Of a DNA stretch of 14,059 nucleotides, positions 9,001 through 13,775 are shown one piece after another. The position numbers and the translations under genes were made by a program. The DNA lies in the NCBI GenBank assembly GCA_043826435.1, contig JBDRQF010000012.1, positions 1-14,059 of the forward strand, written 5' to 3'. Within the stretch, counting starts at the first letter, position 1. The number at the start of each line of letters is the position of its first letter. The stretch is from Elusimicrobiota bacterium. GTDB taxonomy: Bacteria > Elusimicrobiota > Endomicrobiia > CG1-02-37-114 > JAHJSO01. The notes below the pieces were generated by a model that was given only the letters and a program-made list of their open reading frames with translations, ran no database searches and was not told the DNA's origin.

Positions 9001-11647
9001 AACCGCCGCCGGAATCTTCCCGACGGGGAAAACGCAACTCTTAATTAAAATAGGCGACGAAATTATGTCTTATGACATTGCAGGGACAACCCAGACGCCG
9101 ACAGGTCCCCGTCCTTACTTGAACATAAAAGAGAGGGGTAAATATAATACACCAAAATCGGTACATAACACAGGGGCTTCACTGCGTAAAGTGGATATGT
9201 TTAACTTAACCGATGACCGGGATAAACTAAAACTCATTGTACTCACATTCCCGCAGGCATTGATTCCGACCGAGCAGACATACTTTATCGGCTATGACAT
9301 AGGGGACAATGCCATTGCACAGAATTCATTGGGAGTAAAAATTCCAAATGCCGGCTCAATTGAAGTGCAGCCCCAGGACAAGAAGGAGGTCTCTCCCACC
9401 ATTTTCCTTGAAGATACCAATGAATACGCGGGGTTTGACAAATGCAGGTCATCTCTCATCCAGATTAACCCCGTGAACCTGAACGTCCGTAGTGACAACC
9501 TTGTTACCGGTTCTGCACAGCAGACCACAAAGGACGTGCCGTTGATGCGACTGCGTCTCTGGACGGACAGGAATTATATTACAATAAAACAGATAAATCT
9601 TACACAAATCGGCAGCGTTAAAATTACAGACCCCGCAGGCAACGCAGTCGGTGATTTCTCAAAACTGAGTATCTGGTTGGATGCCCCCACGGCTGCGCTA
9701 CCGTCAGGCAACGGGGCATTCAGTTCTACGGAAGACATACTCATAGGTAGTGCAACGAACAGGGTGGTGCTTGAGGACAACTCCATAATTGACTACACGT
9801 TTGCTTACCAGGGAGTGCCTGTCCCGGGCAGCGGCGGCAAGGGCCTTTTTGTTTCAACCCGGGTTGTGAATATATTTATTACCGCTGATATCGGCGTTCG
9901 TGACCTGGCAAAACAAAACACAGAGGGAGATAAAGCAGGCATAAAACTGAACGGTTTCAGCGACGTTATTATCACCCCTGAAACAGCCGGCTCGGCAGGA
10001 GACAATTCATTCCCGTACAGTTCAGGGGAACTTACAATACTGAGCCAGTATGCGATTGTAGCCCAGCCGTATTCCGTAATCCCCGTAGTGTGGGCGGACC
10101 CGTTCGTAGACGGGTATCCTGCAGTTGATACTAACGGCGACGGCAAGCCGGACAGGGTAATGGTTGACGACGAGGTGTTTATTGACGTCAACGGCGATGG
10201 GGTAAACGATTTGAAAGACCTGAATGGCGACGGCAGGAAAAATGAGATTGACCTGGACGGAGACGGCTTGCACGACATAGACATCAACAGTGACGGATTC
10301 CTGGACATAGACATAAACTATGACGGCTATATAGACCTTATATTGCCTGACAGCAACGGCGACGGCCTCCCGGATATTGACCTTTTTGCAAACGGAACCA
10401 TAGACAATGTAATCCCCGGAAGATGGACGAACAGCCGTCTGAAGACATACGCAAAGTGGGTCTCAACTGCAAACGTACAGAGTTACTATATTGCAGTCGG
10501 CAAAGGACCTGACGACATCAGTGTTTCGGGTCTGTGGTTTGACAATGAAAACAATACCGAGATAACGATGAGCGGGCTTTCACTTGAGGAATTGAAATGG
10601 ACAAAGACCACAGAGAAGAGGATTCTTGAGACCGAAGACCCGAACCCACCGATGAACGAGTACGTGAAACTATATGTTGAGAGTTTTGAGGGTTTTAATA
10701 CACAGGCACAGGGGTATATATATGTCGGTTCAGGCAAGGATGCGGAAATTATGCACTATATATCTGCAGGAACTGAGGAAAAAACGATAGGTACTACAAA
10801 AACCTGGGCTTATTTCTTTAACATTGACGAGAGGAAGTGTTTCGGCACGAATAAGAAAACGCACGAAATCGGCACGGTTGTTTCAAACGCCGTGTATTAC
10901 AAGCGGCTGAAAGCAACAAGCAACCAGGGGGTTGAAGGTCCTGCTGTTCTCATGGCGACGTACAGGGTTGACGTGAATAAACCGTCCGAGCCGTCTTCAC
11001 TGAAGGGCGAGGCGGTTAAGACGAGCGCCGTGCTGGACGAATACCTTATAAAGGTTGAGTGGGACAAATCAGCCGATGACCTGTCAGGCGTGCGTATATA
11101 CGAAATCCAGGAGAGCAAAGACACCGACCCGAGGTGGAACAAGGTTGCAACGTTGCCTTCAAACAAACTCAATATGTCCCGCAGGCAGACGGGAGGCAAT
11201 TACTACTATTACCGGCTCCGTTCACAGGACTGCTCAGGCAACTGGAGCGCATGGTCTGAGATTGTCAGGGTGCAAGTTAAACTGCCCGCTGAAATAATCT
11301 CCGAGGTCTCAAACTATCCCAACCCGCTTAACCTCACAAAACCGGGCGTGAAGCAGGAGACGTACATTACTTATACCCTGAACCAGGACATAGAGGTAAT
11401 CATTACGCTCTATGACCTGCTCGGATACAAGGTCTATGAGTGGAAGTGCCCTGCAGGAGAAAAACACTCGGGGACAGGGAAACCGTTCGTTGATGGGAAG
11501 GGCAAGGGCGGGGCTGCGGGCGTTAACGTTGTGGTCTGGGATGTCAGGAATGAAATCGGAGATACCGTAAGTAAGGGCGGCTATATAGCCCATATAAAGG
11601 TTGGGACGATTGCAACAACGACCCGCAAAATAGGAATTATAAGGTAA
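2..11647 (+). CDS. Giant repetitive surface/secreted protein (adhesin-like) with C-terminal T9SS-type/FlgD-Ig sorting domain; 5'-truncated by the window edge
   Basis: Uninterrupted ORF of 3870 aa from ATG35. The same frame is open from base 2 (NLAVEPSTTVF-M) and no signal peptide follows M1, so the true start is probably upstream of the window. The protein is T/S/G/V/D-rich with beta-sandwich-like repeats, DxDxDG loops, FN3 motifs and a YPNP-type C-terminal domain. Stop TAA 11645-11647. Confidence 0.93.
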   Translation, partial: NLAVEPSTTVFMTGGVATIATARVRSAGNQTITASDNDGVSPSLDSHTSSVVSVKSATAAKLQVLALGEVAVQGKPPWTQSPLGGKADGNPPSSQMAGSFVTVTVNVCDRYWNVTSSKEYVRVQSNDVNAQSPDVNGVNDPYDLWVTSSEVISNKIKLVTADTGRYVKAEDLNPGVDPNLEWNRSQDIEVYAGSPNKLLVTMPWETRSPGSKLGKIKTGESVTTAGTLLTVEVALCDSYFNVVSNVGITVQCTTPNDPYDVEPSLGSTPGSGPALTSFSWTSGLKRAATYHYVFADTADYRYYPYETYDFVASTFTVRPTTADRLQVVLPGESASWGLETNKGKTGTPLTQIAGTTFYISVNVCDRYYNRYDRNLFPLLDPLAGDSVQTDVDTSDLYDPEPAVSSLIDPLFTQIFPINLRTAATTHIISARDVDANEPHSSSDTTKQFKVIAAAPTQLFVVVPGETAVDGKNTSPVGRIGTPQQWIAGDSFNVTVLLTDDYYNRVFSSSWVRVTTWDPIDSEDANYGPLQLSAGQQQFYVTPKTASSSWTVTSVDASTAPTYASRNSSNVRVWPAPAHFIRFESGWDPVTISTYATAGSGYNVRANVYDQYRNLCSTGPNRYTGQVTFDAETFANTVQNPTPLPGSAESYYTYTSTDAGSHVFSITLRKSGSRWIKWSDTANSAISTEVSGYSTRPYIDVKPGPTQKIAFTEPASSVDPKYVEAGTLATPGKQWIRAFLSDQYENPVPQANVPVLIDVIDVSGSTGTVRDSAGNVVTSTTTDSNGEIGATGRELYYHISTKGGDFAKIKLSTGTNSTISGASVKVMTTGGQTAKFAFVSVPAEIEAGAKSSVITIEKRDDFNNPTGKNDMYIGLYSDSPSTAKKFWHQTTDTVITQVFIPGWTDSTLAWPVPSTYSRASFRYSDPYSSWPVGEDGSPNTATAGLTARPSSGKWTLTTQWTETVKGTATVTVNPGAIARLGFDIYPTTSVPLKAGMNIDKFDNYSIIEIETQDSYGNPRPVSTTTVINLGSVSGAVDSLRINDKGFLTDNAKDIDSGNPTTAIGRGYSFSVSTTWVHVDTVTISALNYATTFYYADTKASKMYPPYYDIALSTTPTITTSGGGWNGSQYIAIMPAVIRKAGFASLQQTLTAGTTSQAFLIQTHDLFSNPSALPAGYEDVSFTLTSNSPGTTGKPVKFASPFSTSTWTDQPGTAKIAIGSDTTTFFMIDTKVGGWLTTVDPTGSGTAEWVVAVQTYTVVPAMAHHVSFVTQERKLIAGTTVQFTGTDPLGASIGTTTVSAYNPYATSPLPVTLTLYGNRPRQNTVMEVQLRDEFDNITTSTDNVNLSIQDTTTRTGRGGTDPAKDLMDTSWSNICASEGGALIGIISPGTTSYSFYYYNTLVGTHTIRAAGTMFGKPLSPTTQNVCVTAAPVRYLTLHHKHPESNPLPVHLPDSIDIIARDRFGNVSTGDSTNGQYYTGTVKFGHTGGSTTVRLRAMPSDTTYYTFVGGDRGVYRGLQIVDQTYETIKISATNYALVTVQALDYPPVGQIYGYTNDGNREDIAAGCPRSDGDLVTAGIVVDSVTDPNTLLSRTHYERRGNIYQGDGNTATEFPPFNMLRLDMMTMPSIVNLTAKVDQIRIDRVGTLPAGDITEVALHFDSNGNGYFEPEQTKGGDPTDRKLVVAEYDAGVDAWYFKNLGTMPECEITNSARRYFVAIRVSTMSETNRNFGFRLANYQYISSSGSVGVAANNFEIRTSTWPVLKAPAKVSAEVVDIAAFYQLTGTTETKRYPYAYQGEINVGMLRIGFRTNEFTAGLQKITVGRTGSGTDDDLVGMKIFMDGADTNKDGKIDGGSSANGIFESGLDMPLTDWISFKTATGNATGTLSTVQIIEPTTRYFFVAYEFHNSAIPGNTQGAKMNSFETTEEELPYALVESSKVVIYATIDETDLREFNKKEPNNFSIPSNATQGDKNVAVMRLTLLTLKRTALWSGIKLDRTMSRDGVTGELKGVMNKPTDIDEIKVWYDANGDGLLTPTADGSVDRRIDQTGDAYTTTKFPASTLASSITSTGTVIPVGNIEVFFPSNSNLPSVPGRLVINDGSTEPAKIEIVRYSGVDMTNKLFTGVVRGIDRSTAQAHVPGTVVSGQARLNIIGDVQGLQEIKTTAKDYFITFNVNPLAVVGETKLGLEIASTGYFGIVSPDFFGNNSGNVGLITPRGSGKSQASIDKIMEYADVVTCKGYDVPDSTTEDFVQNSTDNAVYKFTLETNQSDAKFYGLRVYSTGTATSDGLVTDEVSVVRVWYDANGNGDFDRNYDLFIASAMFNNTGLPLMSYIKFPGDKVRTIGTTPSEFFITYDIKPEALPIDPDTNQPRTLGAYLTAESFPLGTDGISSPNTVNTAVFPLISKQRKIVASPRTVYVKSAPVFSDEMGSGNYLSYESPRLNGGIGAGDTTISVYSNDNQSNPILYFPTSGYILIDSEIMSYTDKTALTLTGVQRGILNSDAASHSSGTIVGLQLIQGAKNQPVIKLEMWCDGFQVEWSSIKIRKPLVGTLNSEDTDISWVKIYRDGGGEKGRFDRRSDGTVTDKEVFLGSSTVGAGGEQNTVTIALNDPGINRNYELIKTTPNVYFVVIDVNPAAKFCHPQIDNVNEVTNLVVEDNTRIIINKPSKDLSHIVSTYVPVGEPPYPPAFPINAPNSPILATVDTMWVTPSKEAPNDAAQNQKNVRMAKLTIKANNNTAIWQKIKVDLIGSGVDGDVENVKVWRKTSSTEPWVYTSTITISNEFYGLVTQGTDRFADKTVTVSIKPFKHKEDGKEYPHTVSTDDSIYMITYDLSQYAGIGREVGCRISDISYFTVQVPDIVGLNWSPLPFETGLTKIKEAKSIVSIKMLDSAKYVVTTYQAQQRVPIMRLKLYTDVADAKLDAIQVERLGGSVLEQGTKPEGRNSDVKYVKIYKDSNGSKELEATDDVISEAETKISSFIVGGSYYNYLSDQVTAPFGIIVQATSTAAGIFPTGKTQLLIKIGDEIMSYDIAGTTQTPTGPRPYLNIKERGKYNTPKSVHNTGASLRKVDMFNLTDDRDKLKLIVLTFPQALIPTEQTYFIGYDIGDNAIAQNSLGVKIPNAGSIEVQPQDKKEVSPTIFLEDTNEYAGFDKCRSSLIQINPVNLNVRSDNLVTGSAQQTTKDVPLMRLRLWTDRNYITIKQINLTQIGSVKITDPAGNAVGDFSKLSIWLDAPTAALPSGNGAFSSTEDILIGSATNRVVLEDNSIIDYTFAYQGVPVPGSGGKGLFVSTRVVNIFITADIGVRDLAKQNTEGDKAGIKLNGFSDVIITPETAGSAGDNSFPYSSGELTILSQYAIVAQPYSVIPVVWADPFVDGYPAVDTNGDGKPDRVMVDDEVFIDVNGDGVNDLKDLNGDGRKNEIDLDGDGLHDIDINSDGFLDIDINYDGYIDLILPDSNGDGLPDIDLFANGTIDNVIPGRWTNSRLKTYAKWVSTANVQSYYIAVGKGPDDISVSGLWFDNENNTEITMSGLSLEELKWTKTTEKRILETEDPNPPMNEYVKLYVESFEGFNTQAQGYIYVGSGKDAEIMHYISAGTEEKTIGTTKTWAYFFNIDERKCFGTNKKTHEIGTVVSNAVYYKRLKATSNQGVEGPAVLMATYRVDVNKPSEPSSLKGEAVKTSAVLDEYLIKVEWDKSADDLSGVRIYEIQESKDTDPRWNKVATLPSNKLNMSRRQTGGNYYYYRLRSQDCSGNWSAWSEIVRVQVKLPAEIISEVSNYPNPLNLTKPGVKQETYITYTLNQDIEVIITLYDLLGYKVYEWKCPAGEKHSGTGKPFVDGKGKGGAAGVNVVVWDVRNEIGDTVSKGGYIAHIKVGTIATTTRKIGIIR
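167..4600 (+). repeat. 11 tandem Ig-like (invasin/Big/filamin-like) protein repeats, ~110-167 aa period; boundaries approximate
   Basis: Recurring P/A-x3-[KR]-L-x-[VF]...AG...hxhxhx-D-x-[YF]-x-N. Motif D codons at 326 (DRYWN), 710 (DSYFN), 1094 (DRYYN), 1496 (DDYYN), 1826 (DQYRN), 2222 (DQYEN), 2576 (DDFNN), 3035 (DSYGN), 3488 (DLFSN), 3989 (DEFDN), 4376 (DRFGN). Confidence 0.8.
4799..10040 (+). repeat. 8 tandem ~175-200 aa beta-rich protein repeats (QG...hh[RK]L...DI..VK.W.DxNGxG...YFI.YD); end approximate
   Basis: Unit starts at 4799 (YQGDGN), 5375 (YQGEIN), 5894 (TQGDKN), 6743 (VQNSTDN), 7538 (IQGAKN), 8141 (AQNQKN), 8681 (YQAQQR), 9515 (AQQTTKD). Shared motifs include DIDEIKVWYDANGDG, EVSVVRVWYDANGNG, DVKYVKIYKDSNGS, and YFITFNV/FFITYDI/YFIGYDI. 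Confidence 0.8.
10127..10405 (+). repeat. Cluster of 8 DxDxDG-type putative Ca2+-binding loops
   Basis: DTNGDGKPD, DVNGDGVND, DLNGDGRKNE, DLDGDGLHD, DINSDGFLD, DINYDGYID, DSNGDGLPD, DLFANGTID. The central copies have a 10-aa period. Dx[DN]xDG is an established Ca-binding loop motif. Confidence 0.8.
10421..11260 (+). other. Two fibronectin type III-like domains; the first is interrupted by an inserted module
   Basis: Second domain (10970-11260): DVNKPSEPSSL...VEWDKSADDLSGVRIYEIQ...W...YYYRLRSQDCSGNWSAWS, a typical FN3 pattern. First domain: AKW...YYIAVG...W...GLSL [insert] YYKRLKATSNQG. Confidence 0.7.
11297..11647 (+). other. C-terminal T9SS type-A-like / FlgD-Ig-like sorting domain
   Basis: SNYPNP...TYITYTL...VIITLYDLLGYKV...GVNVVVWDVRNEIGDTVSKGGYIAHIKV...RKIGIIR*. 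This matches the YPNP, IYD..G..V, WDG.N..G..V..G.Y and terminal K-h-x-h-h pattern of Por secretion tails and FlgD-Ig CTDs. Confidence 0.8.
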
Positions 11648-11662
11648 GATTTCAGTGCCCCA

Positions 11663-11721
11663 TGTCATTGCGAGGGACGAAGTCCCGAAGCAATCTCGTC
11701 GGCATAATTCAGGTTAATGAC
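11663..11721. repeat. GTCATTGCGAG...GAAGCAATCT-type palindromic (REP/RPE-like) element, apparently a half copy
   Basis: Hairpin ATTGC(11667-71)-GA-GGGAC-GAA-GTCCC-GAA-GCAAT(11690-94). Outer GTCATT(11664-69) is complementary to AATGAC(11716-21). It starts 16 bp after the stop codon and has no adjacent U-tract. The family resemblance is from recall. Confidence 0.65.
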
Positions 11722-11750
11722 TTGTAAACAAAAAATTTTTCAGAAAACCC

Positions 11751-11779
11751 TTGACAAATTTACAAAAACCGTTTATAAT
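11751..11779 (+). promoter_or_regulatory. Consensus sigma70 promoter (TTGACA-N17-TATAAT) with upstream A/T tracts
   Basis: TTGACA 11751-11756 and TATAAT 11774-11779 with a 17-bp spacer. A/T tracts at about 11726-11747 are UP-element-like. Predicted TSS is about 11786, upstream of the riboswitch. Confidence 0.9.
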
Positions 11780-11865
11780 AATACTGGAAAGGATAGGGGG
11801 CTATCCAGACCGAATTAATCCAAGCGTAGTAAAAAGCGTTATAGTTCTTTAAAATGTTCTTAATC

Positions 11866-11963
11866 ATACTGCGAAAAGGCAAACCCTGTTGAAAACAGGG
11901 GGCGCAAAACCAACGGGCCTAAGTTGGAATAGCCAATACGGTGGCCGGGTTGCCGAACAGTAT
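11866..11963 (+). promoter_or_regulatory. c-di-GMP-I (GEMM) riboswitch aptamer
   Basis: GGCAAACC-CTGT-TGAAA-ACAGGG-GGCGCAAA (P2 with GAAA-containing loop). P3 has an 11-nt-type tetraloop receptor CCTAAG(11918-23)/TACGG(11937-41), an inner TTGG/CCAA stem and a 3' GGTTGCCGA. Closing ATACTG(11866-71)/CAGTAT(11958-63). Equivalents of Vc2 G20, A47 and C92 are at 11878, 11906 and 11953. Confidence 0.93.
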
Positions 11964-12010
11964 AGTATTTTTTTTCGGCAAACAATGTAACAAAGTTGTA
12001 AACGTTATAT

Positions 12011-12048
12011 CCCGAAGCCACCAAAAATAAGGTGATTCGGGTTTTTTT
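12011..12048 (+). terminator. Intrinsic terminator forming the riboswitch expression platform
   Basis: CCCGAA-gc-CACC-loop(AAAAATAA)-GGTG-a-TTCGGG followed by T7 (12042-12048), immediately before ATG 12052. Confidence 0.85.
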
Positions 12049-12051
12049 ATT

Positions 12052-13701
12052 ATGAAAACAATAAAAAACAAAAATTATGGTGCATCCGATTATGGTGGAT
12101 CCGGAGAAAGCACTTTAAACAGTGCAAATGCCATGGTTTATATATTTGCCCTCATTTTGACCCTTCTTGTATCACCCACCTTCAGCCCCCTATTTTCAAA
12201 AGCAACCGGCGGACAGCCGGGACAATTCCTGCAGTGGGCCGCCGGGGCCCGCTCGTTAGGAATGGGTAAGGCCTTTTATGGCGTCTCAGATGATGCAAGC
12301 GCAACTTACTGGAACCCGGCAGGACTTATCCAGTTGGACAGGAATGAGATCGTCGCCCTGCACACAAACCTCTGGGCAGGGACATCATACGATTTCATTT
12401 CTTTTGTTTATCCTACGGCTAGATTGGGCGTTTTTGGAGCGAATATCACCAAGTTAAGAACGGATGGTTTTGAAAAGGTTGAATTTTCCTACAACGAGAC
12501 GACCCAGGAAATTACCTTTAACCCCGGTGGGACGTTCAGCGACGACCAGATGGCTCTGACGCTCGCCTATGGCAGGAAGGTTATGAGAAACATTTCAATC
12601 GGCTTAGCCACGAAACTCCTCCAGAGGACGCTGGACGTTCATACGGACAACATGATAACCTTTGACATAAATTTACTCCAGCAGGGGTTAAACTCACACC
12701 TGCCCGGATTAAAATTGGGTTTCGGGATAAACAACATCTTAACGCAGAGTTTTAACACACAGGACGTTCTACCGATGACATTCAGGTTTGGAGCCGCCCA
12801 CAGGTTCTTACGGGATAAGTTGACGATGGCGTTTGACCTTACAAAAGGGATGAAATCAAACATTAACTGGGCCATCGGCGCCGAATACTGGATGATGAAC
12901 TTTATGGCAATGCGGCTTGGTTTTGACGGTGAAGATGCAATAAGGGAATCAAGCATGGGGCTGGGTTTTAAGTACAGGGATTACGGCTTTGACTATGCCT
13001 TTGCAATGCATGCGATGGGCATATCGGCGTTCAGGTTGAGCGGTTCCTACAAGTTCGGCGCATCGGTAGTCGCTGCCAGGGACTCAACCATCAGACGTAT
13101 AATACATGAAGGGATAGAGGCGTACAGGCGCGGGAATTTTCTCGTTGCATTCAGCCGGCTGGAAAAGGCGTTTGCAGTTGACCCTGCAAACCAGGACGTC
13201 CAGAAGATGACCAGAAAACTCCAGACGATTATTTCCTACATCACGTCTGCTCAGAAGGATACGGAAGAGGAAGGAGGGATACGCAAGGGCGTGGCCGCCT
13301 ATATGGACGACGACATCCCCGGAGCCGTCAGCGCCTTTAAGTACGCCTACTACAAGAACCCGCAGAATGCAAAGGTATTCCAATTGTTGAATGCCCTTGA
13401 GAGAGGGAATAACCTGCCCCTTACCGAGTCCTACAAGGAAGACATTGTTGGTTTTACGATTATTGACAAAAAGATATACGACGCAAGGCAACTGGTTATT
13501 GAGGGCAAATACGACCAGTCCCTCCTGAGGTGCCAGGAAGTCCTGAACCTTGAGCCGAACAACGTAACCGCCCTTGAGATTATGGGCAGCGCCTTCTTTA
13601 TGATGAACCAGAGAGACAAGGCAAAAGAGGTATGGATTAAGGTACTTGAACTTGACCCGACAAGGGAGATGGTCAGGGAGTTTCTTGAGGAGTTAAAATA
13701 A
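12052..13701 (+). CDS. PorV/PorQ-family (FadL-like) outer-membrane beta-barrel protein with C-terminal TPR repeats
   Basis: Hydrophobic signal segment (VYIFALILTLLVS), then the family N-terminal motif GARSLGMGKAF..VSDDASATYWNPAGL (12244-12327). Amphipathic beta-strands end in FRLSGSYKF (13056). TPR-like helices follow (EGIEAYRRGNF...AFAVDPAN; CQEVLNLEPNNVTALEIMGSAF...WIKVLELDP). Start is uncertain (12052 vs 12133). Confidence 0.88.
   Translation: MKTIKNKNYGASDYGGSGESTLNSANAMVYIFALILTLLVSPTFSPLFSKATGGQPGQFLQWAAGARSLGMGKAFYGVSDDASATYWNPAGLIQLDRNEIVALHTNLWAGTSYDFISFVYPTARLGVFGANITKLRTDGFEKVEFSYNETTQEITFNPGGTFSDDQMALTLAYGRKVMRNISIGLATKLLQRTLDVHTDNMITFDINLLQQGLNSHLPGLKLGFGINNILTQSFNTQDVLPMTFRFGAAHRFLRDKLTMAFDLTKGMKSNINWAIGAEYWMMNFMAMRLGFDGEDAIRESSMGLGFKYRDYGFDYAFAMHAMGISAFRLSGSYKFGASVVAARDSTIRRIIHEGIEAYRRGNFLVAFSRLEKAFAVDPANQDVQKMTRKLQTIISYITSAQKDTEEEGGIRKGVAAYMDDDIPGAVSAFKYAYYKNPQNAKVFQLLNALERGNNLPLTESYKEDIVGFTIIDKKIYDARQLVIEGKYDQSLLRCQEVLNLEPNNVTALEIMGSAFFMMNQRDKAKEVWIKVLELDPTREMVREFLEELK
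12074..12103 (+). repeat. 15-bp tandem duplication, in frame
   Basis: ATTATGGTGCATCCG (12074-12088) and ATTATGGTGGATCCG (12089-12103), 14/15 identical, encoding NYGAS/DYGGS. Confidence 0.8.
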
Positions 13702-13713
13702 TTCAAAAAACCC

Positions 13714-13742
13714 TTGAAAAAAATGGGAAAGTATATTATAAG
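13714..13742 (+). promoter_or_regulatory. Putative sigma70-like promoter (TTGAAA-N17-TATAAG)
   Basis: TTGAAA 13714-13719 and TATAAG 13737-13742, each 5/6 to consensus, with a 17-bp spacer. The context is near-identical to the promoter at 11751. The conserved final T of the -10 is missing. Confidence 0.5.
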
Positions 13743-13775
13743 GTATTTTAAGGTAAGGGAAGGAGAAGGCGGCAA

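Noticed and set aside
9161..9172. VHN-T resembling an intein C-terminal splice junction
   Set aside because: The His aligns with the HxxG motif of the other inserted modules, which lack Asn. No intein N-terminal block or TxxH motif is evident.
10127..10405. FG-GAP/integrin propeller, dockerin or RTX assignment
   Set aside because: There are no FG or GAP motifs, spacing is too short for propeller blades, and dockerin helices and GGxGxD nonamers are absent.
48..11668. Many short alternative-frame and antisense ORFs overlapping the giant CDS
   Set aside because: They are nested in a long, motif-rich ORF and have no recognisable domains; they are consistent with shadow ORFs.
11667..11694. Hairpin after the giant gene as a Rho-independent terminator
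   Set aside because: There is no adjacent U-tract; it fits a palindromic repeat better.
11822..11839. AAGCGT direct repeat in the leader
   Set aside because: Only 6 bp in two copies, which is expected by chance.
11878..11878. c-AMP-GMP-sensing (GEMM-Ib) variant of the riboswitch
   Set aside because: The position equivalent to Vc2 nucleotide 20 is G, not A, which favours c-di-GMP.
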